Source of the DNA: Bacteriovoracaceae bacterium
Lineage (GTDB): Bacteria > Bdellovibrionota > Bacteriovoracia > Bacteriovoracales > Bacteriovoracaceae
Assembly (NCBI GenBank): GCA_049599895.1
Contig: JBMYPC010000023.1
Span: 1 to 29,645 of the forward strand
Direction: 5' to 3'
Length of the DNA stretch: 29,645 bases
Made by a program: the position numbers and the translations under genes
Notes under the pieces: model-generated
What the model was told of the DNA's origin: nothing
Seen by the model: the letters and a program-made list of their open reading frames with translations, nothing else
The model's database searches: none
Part shown: one piece after another, positions 17,644 to 26,917 of the stretch
Numbering within the stretch: the stretch's first letter is position 1
Layout: each line of letters starts with the position of its first letter

Positions 17644-20289
17644 TTACTTAAGATCATACCAGTTCTGAGCAACACCCACATCAACAGTAAGAGGGACTTT
17701 CAAGCGAACAATGTTCTCCATCCCCTCTCTTACAATCGTCTGCATTGTCTCAAGCTCAGCTTCAGGACATTCAAAAATAAGTTCATCGTGAACCTGAAGA
17801 ATCATTTTTGATCTCACCTTCTCTTGTCTCATACGAGCATCGATTTCAATCATGGCAAGCTTGATGATGTCAGCAGCTGTTCCCTGGATAGGGCTGTTGA
17901 TGGCCACTCGTTCGGCGTTGGCCTTAACAGTTCTATTTTGTGAACGAATATCGGGAAGATAACGTTTTCTTCCATACATGGTTTCAGAGTAACCATTTCT
18001 TTCACAGAGCTCTTTTAAAGAATCGAGAAATGATTTAACCGCAGAAAATCTTTGAAAGTACATTTCGATATATTGCTTCGCTTCTTTTCTTGAAATCTTT
18101 AAGGCCTTGGCAAGACCAAAAGAAGACTGCCCATACATGAGACCAAAGTTTACTGCCTTTGCTTTTGATCGATCATTAGGAGTCACATCATCAAGAGCAA
18201 TAGAGAGAACTTCTGAAGCTGTCCTAGCGTGAATATCGATATTATTTTTGAAGGCCTCGATCATTGTTTGATCGTCAGAAAGATGAGCAAGAATTCGAAG
18301 CTCTACTTGAGAATAGTCAGCCCCGATAAAATAATGACCATCTTTAGCTTCAAAAGCTTTTCGAATCATTTTCCCATAGTCTGATCGAATAGGAATATTT
18401 TGAAGGTTGGGGTTCACAGAAGAAAGTCTTCCTGTCGCCGCAACATTCTGCTGAAGATGAGTATGGATTCTTCTCGTTTCAGGATCAATTAATTCAGGGA
18501 GAGCTTTAACGTAAGTCGAGTTTAATTTTTCAACTTCTCTATACTTTAAGATGAGCCCTGGAATTTCGCTTAGACCTCTTGAGTTGAGTTCCTCAAGAAC
18601 TTCTGAGTCAGTAGAAAATCCGGTTTTCGTTTTCTTAATGGTCGGAAGTTCAAGTTTTTCAAAGAGAAGCTCTCCAACCTGTTTTGGTGATCGTAAATTA
18701 ATCTTTTCACCGATTTGCTCTTCGATTTTGTCTTCGACCTCAGTTGAAATTCCGGTGAATTTTTCCTCAAGTTCTTTTAAGAAGTTTGTATCGACTTGAA
18801 TCCCTTCATGCTCAATATGTGCCAGGATTGGAATTAAAGGCTTGTCGATATTGTTATAGACTTTCTCAAGCTCCTTATCGTGAAGTTCTTTTTCAAAAAT
18901 TTCATGAAGATCTTTTAAGGCCTTGCCAATGGTCCACACATCTCCTTTTAAAGCCTCAACATCAATGTCTTCAGTTTTAATTTCATTAATATCAAGGCCT
19001 AAATAATTTTTAGAAATGTAGCCAAGACGATGATTTAAAGAAGTATCGATATTATAATGAACTTGAGAGAGATCAAAGAAGTTTGAAAACCCTTGAATCT
19101 TTTCTTGAAGGATATAACGAAAGAGCGGTTTAACATCATGACCAATCACAGTCGAACTTTTCTCTTTGAAAGTTTCCGTGAGAAGAGTTTTAATATTTTC
19201 TTTTTCTAAGCCAGTTGTGTAATAAACTTCTTCACCGAGCCTGAAAACGAGGTTTGATAAAGAGATCTTTCCACCAGGGCTTTCTGTGTGGTTATAAAAA
19301 AGATATTTATTCTTTTCTCCAGCAATTTTTTGAACCAGGTCATCAATTGAAATTTCTTTTTCAATTTCAGCGACCACCCCTGAAATCTCTTGGACGACCG
19401 CCTGATCAGTTTGACCTGCTGTATGATCAGCATAATGCATATCTTCGATCTGTTTAAGAACAGTTTTGAAATCGAGTTTTTTAAAGAACTCAACAAGTTC
19501 ATCTGTGGTCTGAAAGGTGTAAGCGACATCTTCACTTTCCTGCCCAAGCTCAAGGTCAGTTGGAATTTGAATCAAACGCTTTGATAAATCAGCATCGTCT
19601 CTATGATTTTCAAGGGCTGTCTTCATTCTCTTTGCTGAGATGTTTTCAACATTTTCAAAGCAAGCCTCAAGGTTTTGATATTCCCCTAAAAGCTTTGCTG
19701 CCCCCTTGGCACCAATTCCTTTAACCCCAGGGATATTATCTGAAGCATCCCCAACAAGAGAAAGGTAATCAACAATTTGATCAGGTCTGACTCCCATCTT
19801 TTCAAAGACCGCCTTCTCATCATAAATTTTATCTTTCATAGTATCGAGCATTTTGACCTTCTCATTCACAAACTGCATAAGGTCTTTATCACCAGAAGCA
19901 ATCAAGATTTCATCAAAGCCATCTTTCCATTGAACCGCAATGCTTCCAATAATATCGTCGGCTTCGTAATTCGGTTTTGTAATATGGGGAAGCTGCATTT
20001 TTTCAACCAGCTCTTGAATAATAGCAAACTGAGGAATGAGCTCTTCAGGTGGTTCAGAGCGATTGGCCTTGTATTCGGGATAAATCTCACTTCGAAAAGA
20101 CCCTTCTTTTGTATCTTTAGCAATCACAAAGTGAGTTGGTTGATACTGAGCAATTAACTTTTGAAGCATTGACCACACACCACGAACAGCATTAACAGGC
20201 GTTCCATCGGGAGCTGTTAAATTCGCCCTAATGGCATAAAAGGCTCTAAAAATAAATGAACTAATATCAACGACAATCAATCTTTTCAT
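17644..20289 (-). CDS. polA: DNA polymerase I
   Basis: 5'-3' exonuclease (FRAFYA, YKANR, EADD, GDASDNIPGV), TGRLSSVNPNLQN, ADYSQVELR, KAVNFGLMYG, QVHDE. Confidence 0.99.
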   Translation of the reverse strand: MKRLIVVDISSFIFRAFYAIRANLTAPDGTPVNAVRGVWSMLQKLIAQYQPTHFVIAKDTKEGSFRSEIYPEYKANRSEPPEELIPQFAIIQELVEKMQLPHITKPNYEADDIIGSIAVQWKDGFDEILIASGDKDLMQFVNEKVKMLDTMKDKIYDEKAVFEKMGVRPDQIVDYLSLVGDASDNIPGVKGIGAKGAAKLLGEYQNLEACFENVENISAKRMKTALENHRDDADLSKRLIQIPTDLELGQESEDVAYTFQTTDELVEFFKKLDFKTVLKQIEDMHYADHTAGQTDQAVVQEISGVVAEIEKEISIDDLVQKIAGEKNKYLFYNHTESPGGKISLSNLVFRLGEEVYYTTGLEKENIKTLLTETFKEKSSTVIGHDVKPLFRYILQEKIQGFSNFFDLSQVHYNIDTSLNHRLGYISKNYLGLDINEIKTEDIDVEALKGDVWTIGKALKDLHEIFEKELHDKELEKVYNNIDKPLIPILAHIEHEGIQVDTNFLKELEEKFTGISTEVEDKIEEQIGEKINLRSPKQVGELLFEKLELPTIKKTKTGFSTDSEVLEELNSRGLSEIPGLILKYREVEKLNSTYVKALPELIDPETRRIHTHLQQNVAATGRLSSVNPNLQNIPIRSDYGKMIRKAFEAKDGHYFIGADYSQVELRILAHLSDDQTMIEAFKNNIDIHARTASEVLSIALDDVTPNDRSKAKAVNFGLMYGQSSFGLAKALKISRKEAKQYIEMYFQRFSAVKSFLDSLKELCERNGYSETMYGRKRYLPDIRSQNRTVKANAERVAINSPIQGTAADIIKLAMIEIDARMRQEKVRSKMILQVHDELIFECPEAELETMQTIVREGMENIVRLKVPLTVDVGVAQNWYDLK

Positions 20290-20338
20290 AAAACATCCTT
20301 AACATTTTTCAAATCGCCAGAAAAATTACTGAGAAGAA

Positions 20339-20845
20339 CTACTGAAGACCAATCTGAGAAGAATTCTCAAACCAGCTAGACTTTGCTTTTCTTACCTTCA
20401 TCGCTTCGCTATTTGGAGAAACCACTGACGTATCGGCCATAACATCACCTAGACGATGTCCGGAACCCAGTTTAAATATCAAATAAAACTCAAAAGATCC
20501 AAAACCGATCATAAGAATAATCGATAAGATCCAACCCCATACAGGAAAAATTGCTAAGAAAAAGGGAAGTGTAAAAGGCAGATTTCGAATAAAAGACTGC
20601 TTAAAATTACAAGGTGAGCCATCTTCTAGGGAAATCACTGAAAAGCCGATGAGTTTCTTTCCAACCGATTGACCCTTTTGAAGTGAATCAGAAATGGAAA
20701 GATAAAAACAGCCAAGAAGCACACCTACAGGATAAAACAAGAAGGCTAAGAGAAGCGCAATAAAGACATCAACAGACTTAGCAATAAGCCTTGATAATCT
20801 TGAAGCTCTTTCAGAGCTTCTTTTTAGATATTGCCTCTTGTACAT
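20339..20845 (-). CDS. RDD family membrane protein
   Basis: RLIAKSVD, GQSVGKKL, IRN, RLGDVMADT. Confidence 0.9.
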   Translation of the reverse strand: MYKRQYLKRSSERASRLSRLIAKSVDVFIALLLAFLFYPVGVLLGCFYLSISDSLQKGQSVGKKLIGFSVISLEDGSPCNFKQSFIRNLPFTLPFFLAIFPVWGWILSIILMIGFGSFEFYLIFKLGSGHRLGDVMADTSVVSPNSEAMKVRKAKSSWFENSSQIGLQ

Positions 20846-20894
20846 ACTAGAATTCTCTGGCCAAAATAGGTGAAAACATCAAGGTTATCTTACT

Positions 20895-21212
20895 ATGAAT
20901 ATGGACCACCTGAAAAAGGATATCTCTGCCCTTCTTGAGCAGTACCAGCTTTTAATTATTAGCTGGACATTAAAAAACGCAGAGCATCCTTCGGAATACA
21001 GTAACAAGGTGCGCGAAATTGTCCTTGGCTTCGATCCAAAGTTCGTTCATTTTCTGCAAGTGAGTCTTGATTCAAAAGATAGTGAAGAGTTCTCATCAGA
21101 AATACTGGCCCTCCCCTGCCTAAGCCTTTATAAAGATAAGGTAGAGATTGAACGCTTCTATGGAGAACAGTCCATGCGAGAAATCGAAACCACTATTAAG
21201 GAATATTTATGA
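20895..21212 (+). CDS. thioredoxin-fold protein lacking CxxC
   Basis: EILALPCLSLYKDKVEIERFYG resembles the thioredoxin cis-Pro region; ATGA overlap with gmhA. Confidence 0.6.
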   Translation: MNMDHLKKDISALLEQYQLLIISWTLKNAEHPSEYSNKVREIVLGFDPKFVHFLQVSLDSKDSEEFSSEILALPCLSLYKDKVEIERFYGEQSMREIETTIKEYL

Positions 21213-21790
21213 CTTCTGTTCTTGAAAACAGCCTCATTGAATCTGAATCTCTTATTAAAGCTCTTAAAGATAACCAAGAGTTTCTTTCGAGTTTTGATAA
21301 AGCTCTTAAGGCCATGATCGAAACCCAAAAAACAGGAAATACAATTTTTTCCTGTGGTAACGGTGGTTCTATGGCCGACGCAATTCATTTTGCTGAAGAG
21401 ATGACAGGAAGATTTCAAGACAATCGAAGACCCCTATCAGCAATCGCTATCAGTGATCCGGGATATCTCAGCTGTGTGGCCAATGACTATGGTTACGAGC
21501 ATGTTTATTCAAGGTTCATTGAGGGTGTTGGGAAAAAAGGTGATGTCATCTTAGGTATCTCAACTTCAGGGAATTCAAAAAACGTAATTCTTGCAGCGAA
21601 AAAGGCCAAAAAACTAGGTATTACTTCTGTGGGACTTCTTGGAAAAGATGGTGGTGAACTTAAAGACCTTGTGGATATTCCCATTATTGTCTCTTCAAAA
21701 ATCACACATCGAATTCAAGAAGTTCATATCAAAGTCATTCATAGCTTTATTGAAGGCATCGAAAGAGAAATTACTCCAGAAAACTATTAA
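21209..21790 (+). CDS. gmhA: phosphoheptose isomerase GmhA
   Basis: CGNGGSMADAIHFAEE, ANDYGY, ISTSGNS, RIQEVH. Confidence 0.96.
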   Translation: MTSVLENSLIESESLIKALKDNQEFLSSFDKALKAMIETQKTGNTIFSCGNGGSMADAIHFAEEMTGRFQDNRRPLSAIAISDPGYLSCVANDYGYEHVYSRFIEGVGKKGDVILGISTSGNSKNVILAAKKAKKLGITSVGLLGKDGGELKDLVDIPIIVSSKITHRIQEVHIKVIHSFIEGIEREITPENY

Positions 21791-21919
21791 GTCAGTACCC
21801 GTCACTTTTGTTCAGGTAACAGAAATTACTATCGAAATTTCAAGAGTTTGATACAATTGTAAGGAAAAACAGTTTTTGAATGGCAGCGATTTTGTCTGTC
21901 ACTTTTGGAGAATTTGAAC

Positions 21920-22603
21920 ATGGAAGAACAAGTTATTCAAGAAGCCGCCTCGGGATCTTTTTATACATCACTCAATGGAATGTTAGAGTTTTTTCAAGCT
22001 GGTGGAATTTTTATGTGGATCATCCTCGTCATTTGGGGATTTGGTATCGCAATCAGTATTGATCGTTTCTTAAAACTCTCATTTAAGTTTGATGTTGATG
22101 GTGCTTCGTTTATGAATGAACTTCAAAGGTTTATTCTCTCTGGAGATATCCAAGGTGCGATTCGAGTTTGTTCTGGTTCTGCAGCAGCACTTCCAAAGGT
22201 TTTAAAAAGTGGTCTCAAAAGAGCTGAGTCAAATCCTGAGCAAATTCAAAATGCCATCGATGCCACAGCTTTAGAAGTGATTCCGAAAGTTGAATTAAGA
22301 TTAAACTATCTTCAACTTATCGCGAATATCTCCACTCTTTTTGGACTTCTTGGAACCATTCAAGGTCTGATTCAATCATTTTCAGCGATTTCCACAGCTG
22401 ATCCAACAGAGAAAGCGAATATCTTAGCCGCTGGTATTTCTCAAGCGATGAACACGACCTTCTTGGGGCTTCTCGCCGCTATTTCAATCATGATGCTTCA
22501 CACTTACCTCTCAAGTAAGTCAGAAAAAATTGTTAATGAAATCGATGAGTTTTCAGTAAAGCTTATCGATATGCTTGGAACAAAAAAAGTTAGCGACGAA
22601 TAA
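21920..22603 (+). CDS. MotA/TolQ/ExbB proton channel (AglR-like)
   Basis: GGIFMW, TLFGLLGTIQG, GISQAMNTTFLGL; start MEEQV after SD GGAG. Confidence 0.92.
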   Translation: MEEQVIQEAASGSFYTSLNGMLEFFQAGGIFMWIILVIWGFGIAISIDRFLKLSFKFDVDGASFMNELQRFILSGDIQGAIRVCSGSAAALPKVLKSGLKRAESNPEQIQNAIDATALEVIPKVELRLNYLQLIANISTLFGLLGTIQGLIQSFSAISTADPTEKANILAAGISQAMNTTFLGLLAAISIMMLHTYLSSKSEKIVNEIDEFSVKLIDMLGTKKVSDE

Positions 22604-22624
22604 TTTTTTAAGAGGTACTTGAGA

Positions 22625-23152
22625 ATGATTAGGGCACCTAGCTCAAGAAAAGAAAAGAAAACGGTAAAGAAGCTTAACCTCATTCCTATTCTGGACTCGG
22701 TTTTCATCTTTATCTTTTTTCTTCTGATGAGCACAAACTTTATCGAGATTTTTGAAATTCAAAGTAATGTTCCAATTATTTCGAATAAACCCGTAAAATC
22801 TAAAGACAAGCCTTTAGGGCTTCTCGTTCAAGTTCTCACCGATGAGATCAGACTCTTTAGTGGAGTTCCAGCAAAATTGATTCAATCATATGGAAAACTT
22901 CCAAGTGGAGACTACGATCTTGAAAAGCTTCATGACAGACTCGTGGTTCTCAAGCAAAAGTACATTACAGAAAAAACGATAATGCTTGAGCCCCTAGTCG
23001 ATATCTCTTATCAAGATATCGTTAAGATTATGGACTCTCTGCGAACAATGAAAACCACGGACCCAACATTATTTATAAAAGATAAAGACAATCTGGATGT
23101 CAAAGTAAGAGAGCTTTTCCCAGATATTATCTTTACAAATATTAGAAGCTAA
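22625..23152 (+). CDS. ExbD/TolR family protein (AglQ-like)
   Basis: LNLIPILD transmembrane motif with conserved Asp; YQDIVKIMD. Confidence 0.9.
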   Translation: MIRAPSSRKEKKTVKKLNLIPILDSVFIFIFFLLMSTNFIEIFEIQSNVPIISNKPVKSKDKPLGLLVQVLTDEIRLFSGVPAKLIQSYGKLPSGDYDLEKLHDRLVVLKQKYITEKTIMLEPLVDISYQDIVKIMDSLRTMKTTDPTLFIKDKDNLDVKVRELFPDIIFTNIRS

Positions 23153-23158
23153 ACACTT

Positions 23159-23671
23159 ATGAGAAGAACAAGTCAAAGATCAAAAAGAAGAGCAAAACTT
23201 GAGGCCATGGAACTTGATATCACAAGTTTATTAGATATCCTCGTGATCCTTCTCGTCTTTCTTTTAAAGTCTTATAGTGCTTCAGGCCTTCTTCTTAACG
23301 TTGCCGAGAAACTAGAACTGCCAAGTTCACAATCAAAAAACGTGAACACTCAAGGTGTTATTGTTCAAATCTCACTTGATAAGATCTGGGTTGATGAAAA
23401 GGCGATTTATGATTTCACCGCACCAGAAAACTTCACGGCACTTGAAGATCGCTCAAAAACTTCGCTCGTTCCTCTTCTTAATGAGCTCATTCAAAAAAGA
23501 AAAGAGATTCAAACACTTGAAAAATCCACACAAAGTGCCACTAAATTTTCAGGTATCGTAAATCTCATTATCGACAAATCTTATCGTTACAGTTTTCTTA
23601 AAAAGGTCCTCAACACTTGCGCTGAAGCCGGATATCAGCAATATAAGTTTGTTGTTCTTGGTGAAGAATAG
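23159..23671 (+). CDS. ExbD/TolR family protein (AglS-like)
   Basis: LDITSLLDILVILLVFLLKSYS, LELPSS, AEAGY. Confidence 0.9.
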   Translation: MRRTSQRSKRRAKLEAMELDITSLLDILVILLVFLLKSYSASGLLLNVAEKLELPSSQSKNVNTQGVIVQISLDKIWVDEKAIYDFTAPENFTALEDRSKTSLVPLLNELIQKRKEIQTLEKSTQSATKFSGIVNLIIDKSYRYSFLKKVLNTCAEAGYQQYKFVVLGEE

Positions 23672-23869
23672 CTCAAGATTCCTGCACAATAATTAGACAA
23701 CTGTAAGTTCTTAACACCTTGGGAAACCATGTAACCTATTGTTTCCAAAGGCTTTTCCCTTTAAGTCTTAAAATGAAGCGAAAGAGAAGAAATCGATCCT
23801 GATAGTCTCGAGTTTACTGTAACATCAAATCTTTACACAGTTGGAATTAGCTTTCTGTTTTAAAATAAC

Positions 23870-25744
23870 TTACTTACGACTGGGGTAGAAATTGAAAGGT
23901 TGGTTAACCTCGACTACCCCACCACCAAGTGGCCTTGGAAAGCGGATTCCCTTAAGAACATTGGCCACACACCCTCTGACTTTTACAGGCATTGAGTCTG
24001 AAGCTGAGACAACTTCTGCTCGAGTGACATGTCCGGTTGCTCCAATCATAAAGTCAAGCCTCACAATTCCCGTGAATGCTCTTCTGGAAACATCAAGTTG
24101 CTTTTGATAACAGAAACGAAACTGAGGAATATGTTCAATGAGAATTTGGCGAATAACATTTGGGTCCATTCCTCCAAGGACAACTCTTTTAAAGGGAAGA
24201 CCGGCTGTATAAATATTCTTCTTACTCACAAGTCCTTTAACTCCCCTTGAATTATCAAGGCGACCTTTTGTGAAGTTACTTAAACTTCCAGGACGGGTTT
24301 TAATTCTTGCTTGTTTAACATCAGCACTTGTTCCTGTTTCAAGGGTGTCACTTTGAAAATTACTCTCAGAGTTTAAGTTCCCACCAAGCTTGGCACTTTG
24401 GTTTCCACCTTTAGCGAGTAGATTGTTAAGACTTGCTTTAAAATTGAGAGATTTATAGCTATCAACTCTACCTTTACTGGATTTATTGCCACTCTTTTTC
24501 GCAACATTATTGGAGTTTACTGCACTTTGACCTTTTGATTTATTTTTTCTCGACTTTCGCGGCTCACCTTTTTTGGGTTCTCCCGAGCGTGGATTCTGAT
24601 TTGAGCTTTTGGTCGTGCTCGATTCTGTGACAAGTGTCGATTTGCTTGTGGTTTGAGAAACCGCTGCATCTTTATTTTTCTCAGGCTTTGTAATGGACTG
24701 CTGGGCCTTCTTAAGAGGAATTGGTTTCGTTTTAATGATTCGGGGCTTTTGAACCTTCATTTTTTTATTTCGATGAATAATCCTTGCAAGTCTTTCCGGA
24801 GCCTTTTCTTCTTCAACTTCTTTGTCTACTTCAAGAACATTCATAAGAGTGATGAAACCGGTAACAAAAAAGAAAACTAAAAGAAGAATTTTCCCAAAAT
24901 CATTATCTCGTCTTAAGATGGGAGCTCTATCAACTTTTGGAGGGATATCTGTCGATCTTAAAAAGATCTCAATATCACCTTGTTTCATTCTTAGCATCTC
25001 TTCAGACTTTAAAGAAAAACTTTGATGGCCATCGTGAGATTTCACACCTTCATCTGTAAAAAGCAAGGTATCAAATCCTTCAATTGTATGAACCACAGGG
25101 AAAACATCGTTGATATCGGCGATATGTAATTTTTCATCCGGTCCGAAATAAGGAAACTCAATCACTTGTTTTGATTTTGAGACTCCTGAAAAATAATAAG
25201 AACTCTTACTTTTTGGTAAAAATGAGACATTAAAAATTCTTTTTTTATAGGTCGTTATGATCTCTACAGAACTTGCTGATTGATCATAATGAAAAATAGG
25301 GTAAAGCTTTGAGCTATCCTCAAAAATATATTTTGAAAACTCTGCCCGAGGATCTTTTGAAAGAGGATAAACAATATCCCTGGATCTTTTGTTTGATTGA
25401 AATCTTGGAGCGAGCATATCAAGAGGAACCGACTCCTCTTTAAAGTCCTCAAATGTAATGGCAATTGAACCAAGTTTGATGTCGTCTTCACGGCTTAGAA
25501 CCTTGTTAACGATTTTCTCACCATTAACAAATGTTCCCTGCTCACTGTCCATGTCATAAAGAGTGACTTTGCCATCAATATTTTCAATAACAGCATGGAT
25601 TTCAGAGACATCATCTCCTTCGAGTACAAAATCACAATATCGAGAACTTCCAAGAAGATGTCTCTTTTTTGAAAGAACGAGACTTTTCTTATGGCCCTTT
25701 AATGAGATTTGAAAATGTCTTTGTCCTTCAATTGTATTTTCCAC
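23870..25744 (-). CDS. FHA + TM + AgmX/PglI (TonB_C-like) protein, GltG-like
   Basis: N-terminal FHA (VSEIHA, DMDSEQGTFVNG), one TM helix, low-complexity linker, C-terminal FRFCYQKQL...CVANVL..IRFPRP.GG.V.VNQPF. Confidence 0.88.
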   Translation of the reverse strand: MENTIEGQRHFQISLKGHKKSLVLSKKRHLLGSSRYCDFVLEGDDVSEIHAVIENIDGKVTLYDMDSEQGTFVNGEKIVNKVLSREDDIKLGSIAITFEDFKEESVPLDMLAPRFQSNKRSRDIVYPLSKDPRAEFSKYIFEDSSKLYPIFHYDQSASSVEIITTYKKRIFNVSFLPKSKSSYYFSGVSKSKQVIEFPYFGPDEKLHIADINDVFPVVHTIEGFDTLLFTDEGVKSHDGHQSFSLKSEEMLRMKQGDIEIFLRSTDIPPKVDRAPILRRDNDFGKILLLVFFFVTGFITLMNVLEVDKEVEEEKAPERLARIIHRNKKMKVQKPRIIKTKPIPLKKAQQSITKPEKNKDAAVSQTTSKSTLVTESSTTKSSNQNPRSGEPKKGEPRKSRKNKSKGQSAVNSNNVAKKSGNKSSKGRVDSYKSLNFKASLNNLLAKGGNQSAKLGGNLNSESNFQSDTLETGTSADVKQARIKTRPGSLSNFTKGRLDNSRGVKGLVSKKNIYTAGLPFKRVVLGGMDPNVIRQILIEHIPQFRFCYQKQLDVSRRAFTGIVRLDFMIGATGHVTRAEVVSASDSMPVKVRGCVANVLKGIRFPRPLGGGVVEVNQPFNFYPSRK

Positions 25745-25758
25745 TATCTATCCCCAAA

Positions 25759-26025
25759 CTATCGTATTCTGAAAACACCTTTTCGAATTTCTTTGTGAAA
25801 GTTTTTTCGATAAGGAAGTTTGTTTTTAAATTTTCTTTGATATCTCGGATCAACACTCAAGTCTCCAGGAGATCCAGCATCTCCCTCAACAACAAGATCA
25901 TCAAAATCAAATTTTTCATACTTTTTGTATTCATAAATGATTCGTTCCTTTGGCTTTTTTTGAGCACTTACTGGGCCCACAAAAAAAACAAATACTAATA
26001 AAAAAACAAATGCTTTTAAAAACAT
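25759..26025 (-). CDS. small secreted GltF/CglF-like protein
   Basis: Signal peptide; FDFDDLVVEG...P...F..L..RKNF..E pattern; position between TPR lipoprotein and GltG-like gene. Confidence 0.7.
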   Translation of the reverse strand: MFLKAFVFLLVFVFFVGPVSAQKKPKERIIYEYKKYEKFDFDDLVVEGDAGSPGDLSVDPRYQRKFKNKLPYRKNFHKEIRKGVFRIR

Positions 26026-26026
26026 T

Positions 26027-26917
26027 CTATTCTCCAGCTAATGAATCAATGAGTTCTCGATAATCTCTAAAAAAGGGGCTACTTTTATCGAGATTAACGT
26101 CTCCAATCACATTACGAGCATCGTTAAGCCTTCCATCCCCAAGATAAGCCGAGGCTAAATTAAGACTTAAAGCAGGTTCGAAGATATTTTTTTTCTCGAT
26201 TAACTCTAATGAGGCAATCGCTGCTTTAAAATCTTCACGAACAATATTATCGACACCTTCAAGAAATTTTGAGTAATCATCTTGAATTTTTGAATCACTA
26301 ATATATTTACGTGAACTCGCAATGAGATAATGTTTAAGATAAACCTTCGAAAGGTTTACCATTGGGCTTTTTGATTTGGGGCTAACTTCATTCGCCTTTT
26401 TAAATGCAGACAGGGCCTTCATGTTTTTTCCTTGAATACTATAAAGGATCCCAATATTGTTAATTGCTGGAGCGTAATTCTTCTTTGCCTTCAGGGCAAG
26501 GTTAAAGAAAACAAGTGCTTTTCTAAATTGACCTTCCAACGTAAAGCATATTCCTAGAGAGTTGTAATAGATGGGGTTGTTCTTATACTCAGCATAGTAA
26601 TCGACGATCTTTTCAAGACCCTTAGGTGTATCCCCTTCGTAACACTCCTTTGTGGCCAAAAAAAGAGATGAATCGATCTTAGCTTCTTTATAATCTGAGC
26701 GAGTAAATATTTGCTGACTTTCATGCTTAAGAGGTGAGGAAAAACCTTCGTCTGAAGCTTGAAAATAATCTTCGAGAGTCGTGTAAGGGACTTCCGCTTT
26801 CTTTTGGAAGTCCTCATCTTTAATCCAACTTATATCATTGGTATCTTTCACAGCGCCTTTTTTCGAAGTTGAACAAGAAGCTCCAAAAAATAAAAGAAGG
26901 ATAATTGCTATTCTCAT
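26027..26917 (-). CDS. TPR lipoprotein, GltE/AglT-like
   Basis: Lipobox GAS|C; TPR repeats YNSLG, INNIG; synteny. Confidence 0.8.
   Translation of the reverse strand: MRIAIILLLFFGASCSTSKKGAVKDTNDISWIKDEDFQKKAEVPYTTLEDYFQASDEGFSSPLKHESQQIFTRSDYKEAKIDSSLFLATKECYEGDTPKGLEKIVDYYAEYKNNPIYYNSLGICFTLEGQFRKALVFFNLALKAKKNYAPAINNIGILYSIQGKNMKALSAFKKANEVSPKSKSPMVNLSKVYLKHYLIASSRKYISDSKIQDDYSKFLEGVDNIVREDFKAAIASLELIEKKNIFEPALSLNLASAYLGDGRLNDARNVIGDVNLDKSSPFFRDYRELIDSLAGE

Noticed and set aside
22430..22470. Gln instead of the conserved Glu in TolQ/ExbB TM3 (GISQAMNTT)
   Set aside because: This substitution is common among ExbB-family homologues; Thr residues and the partner Asp are intact
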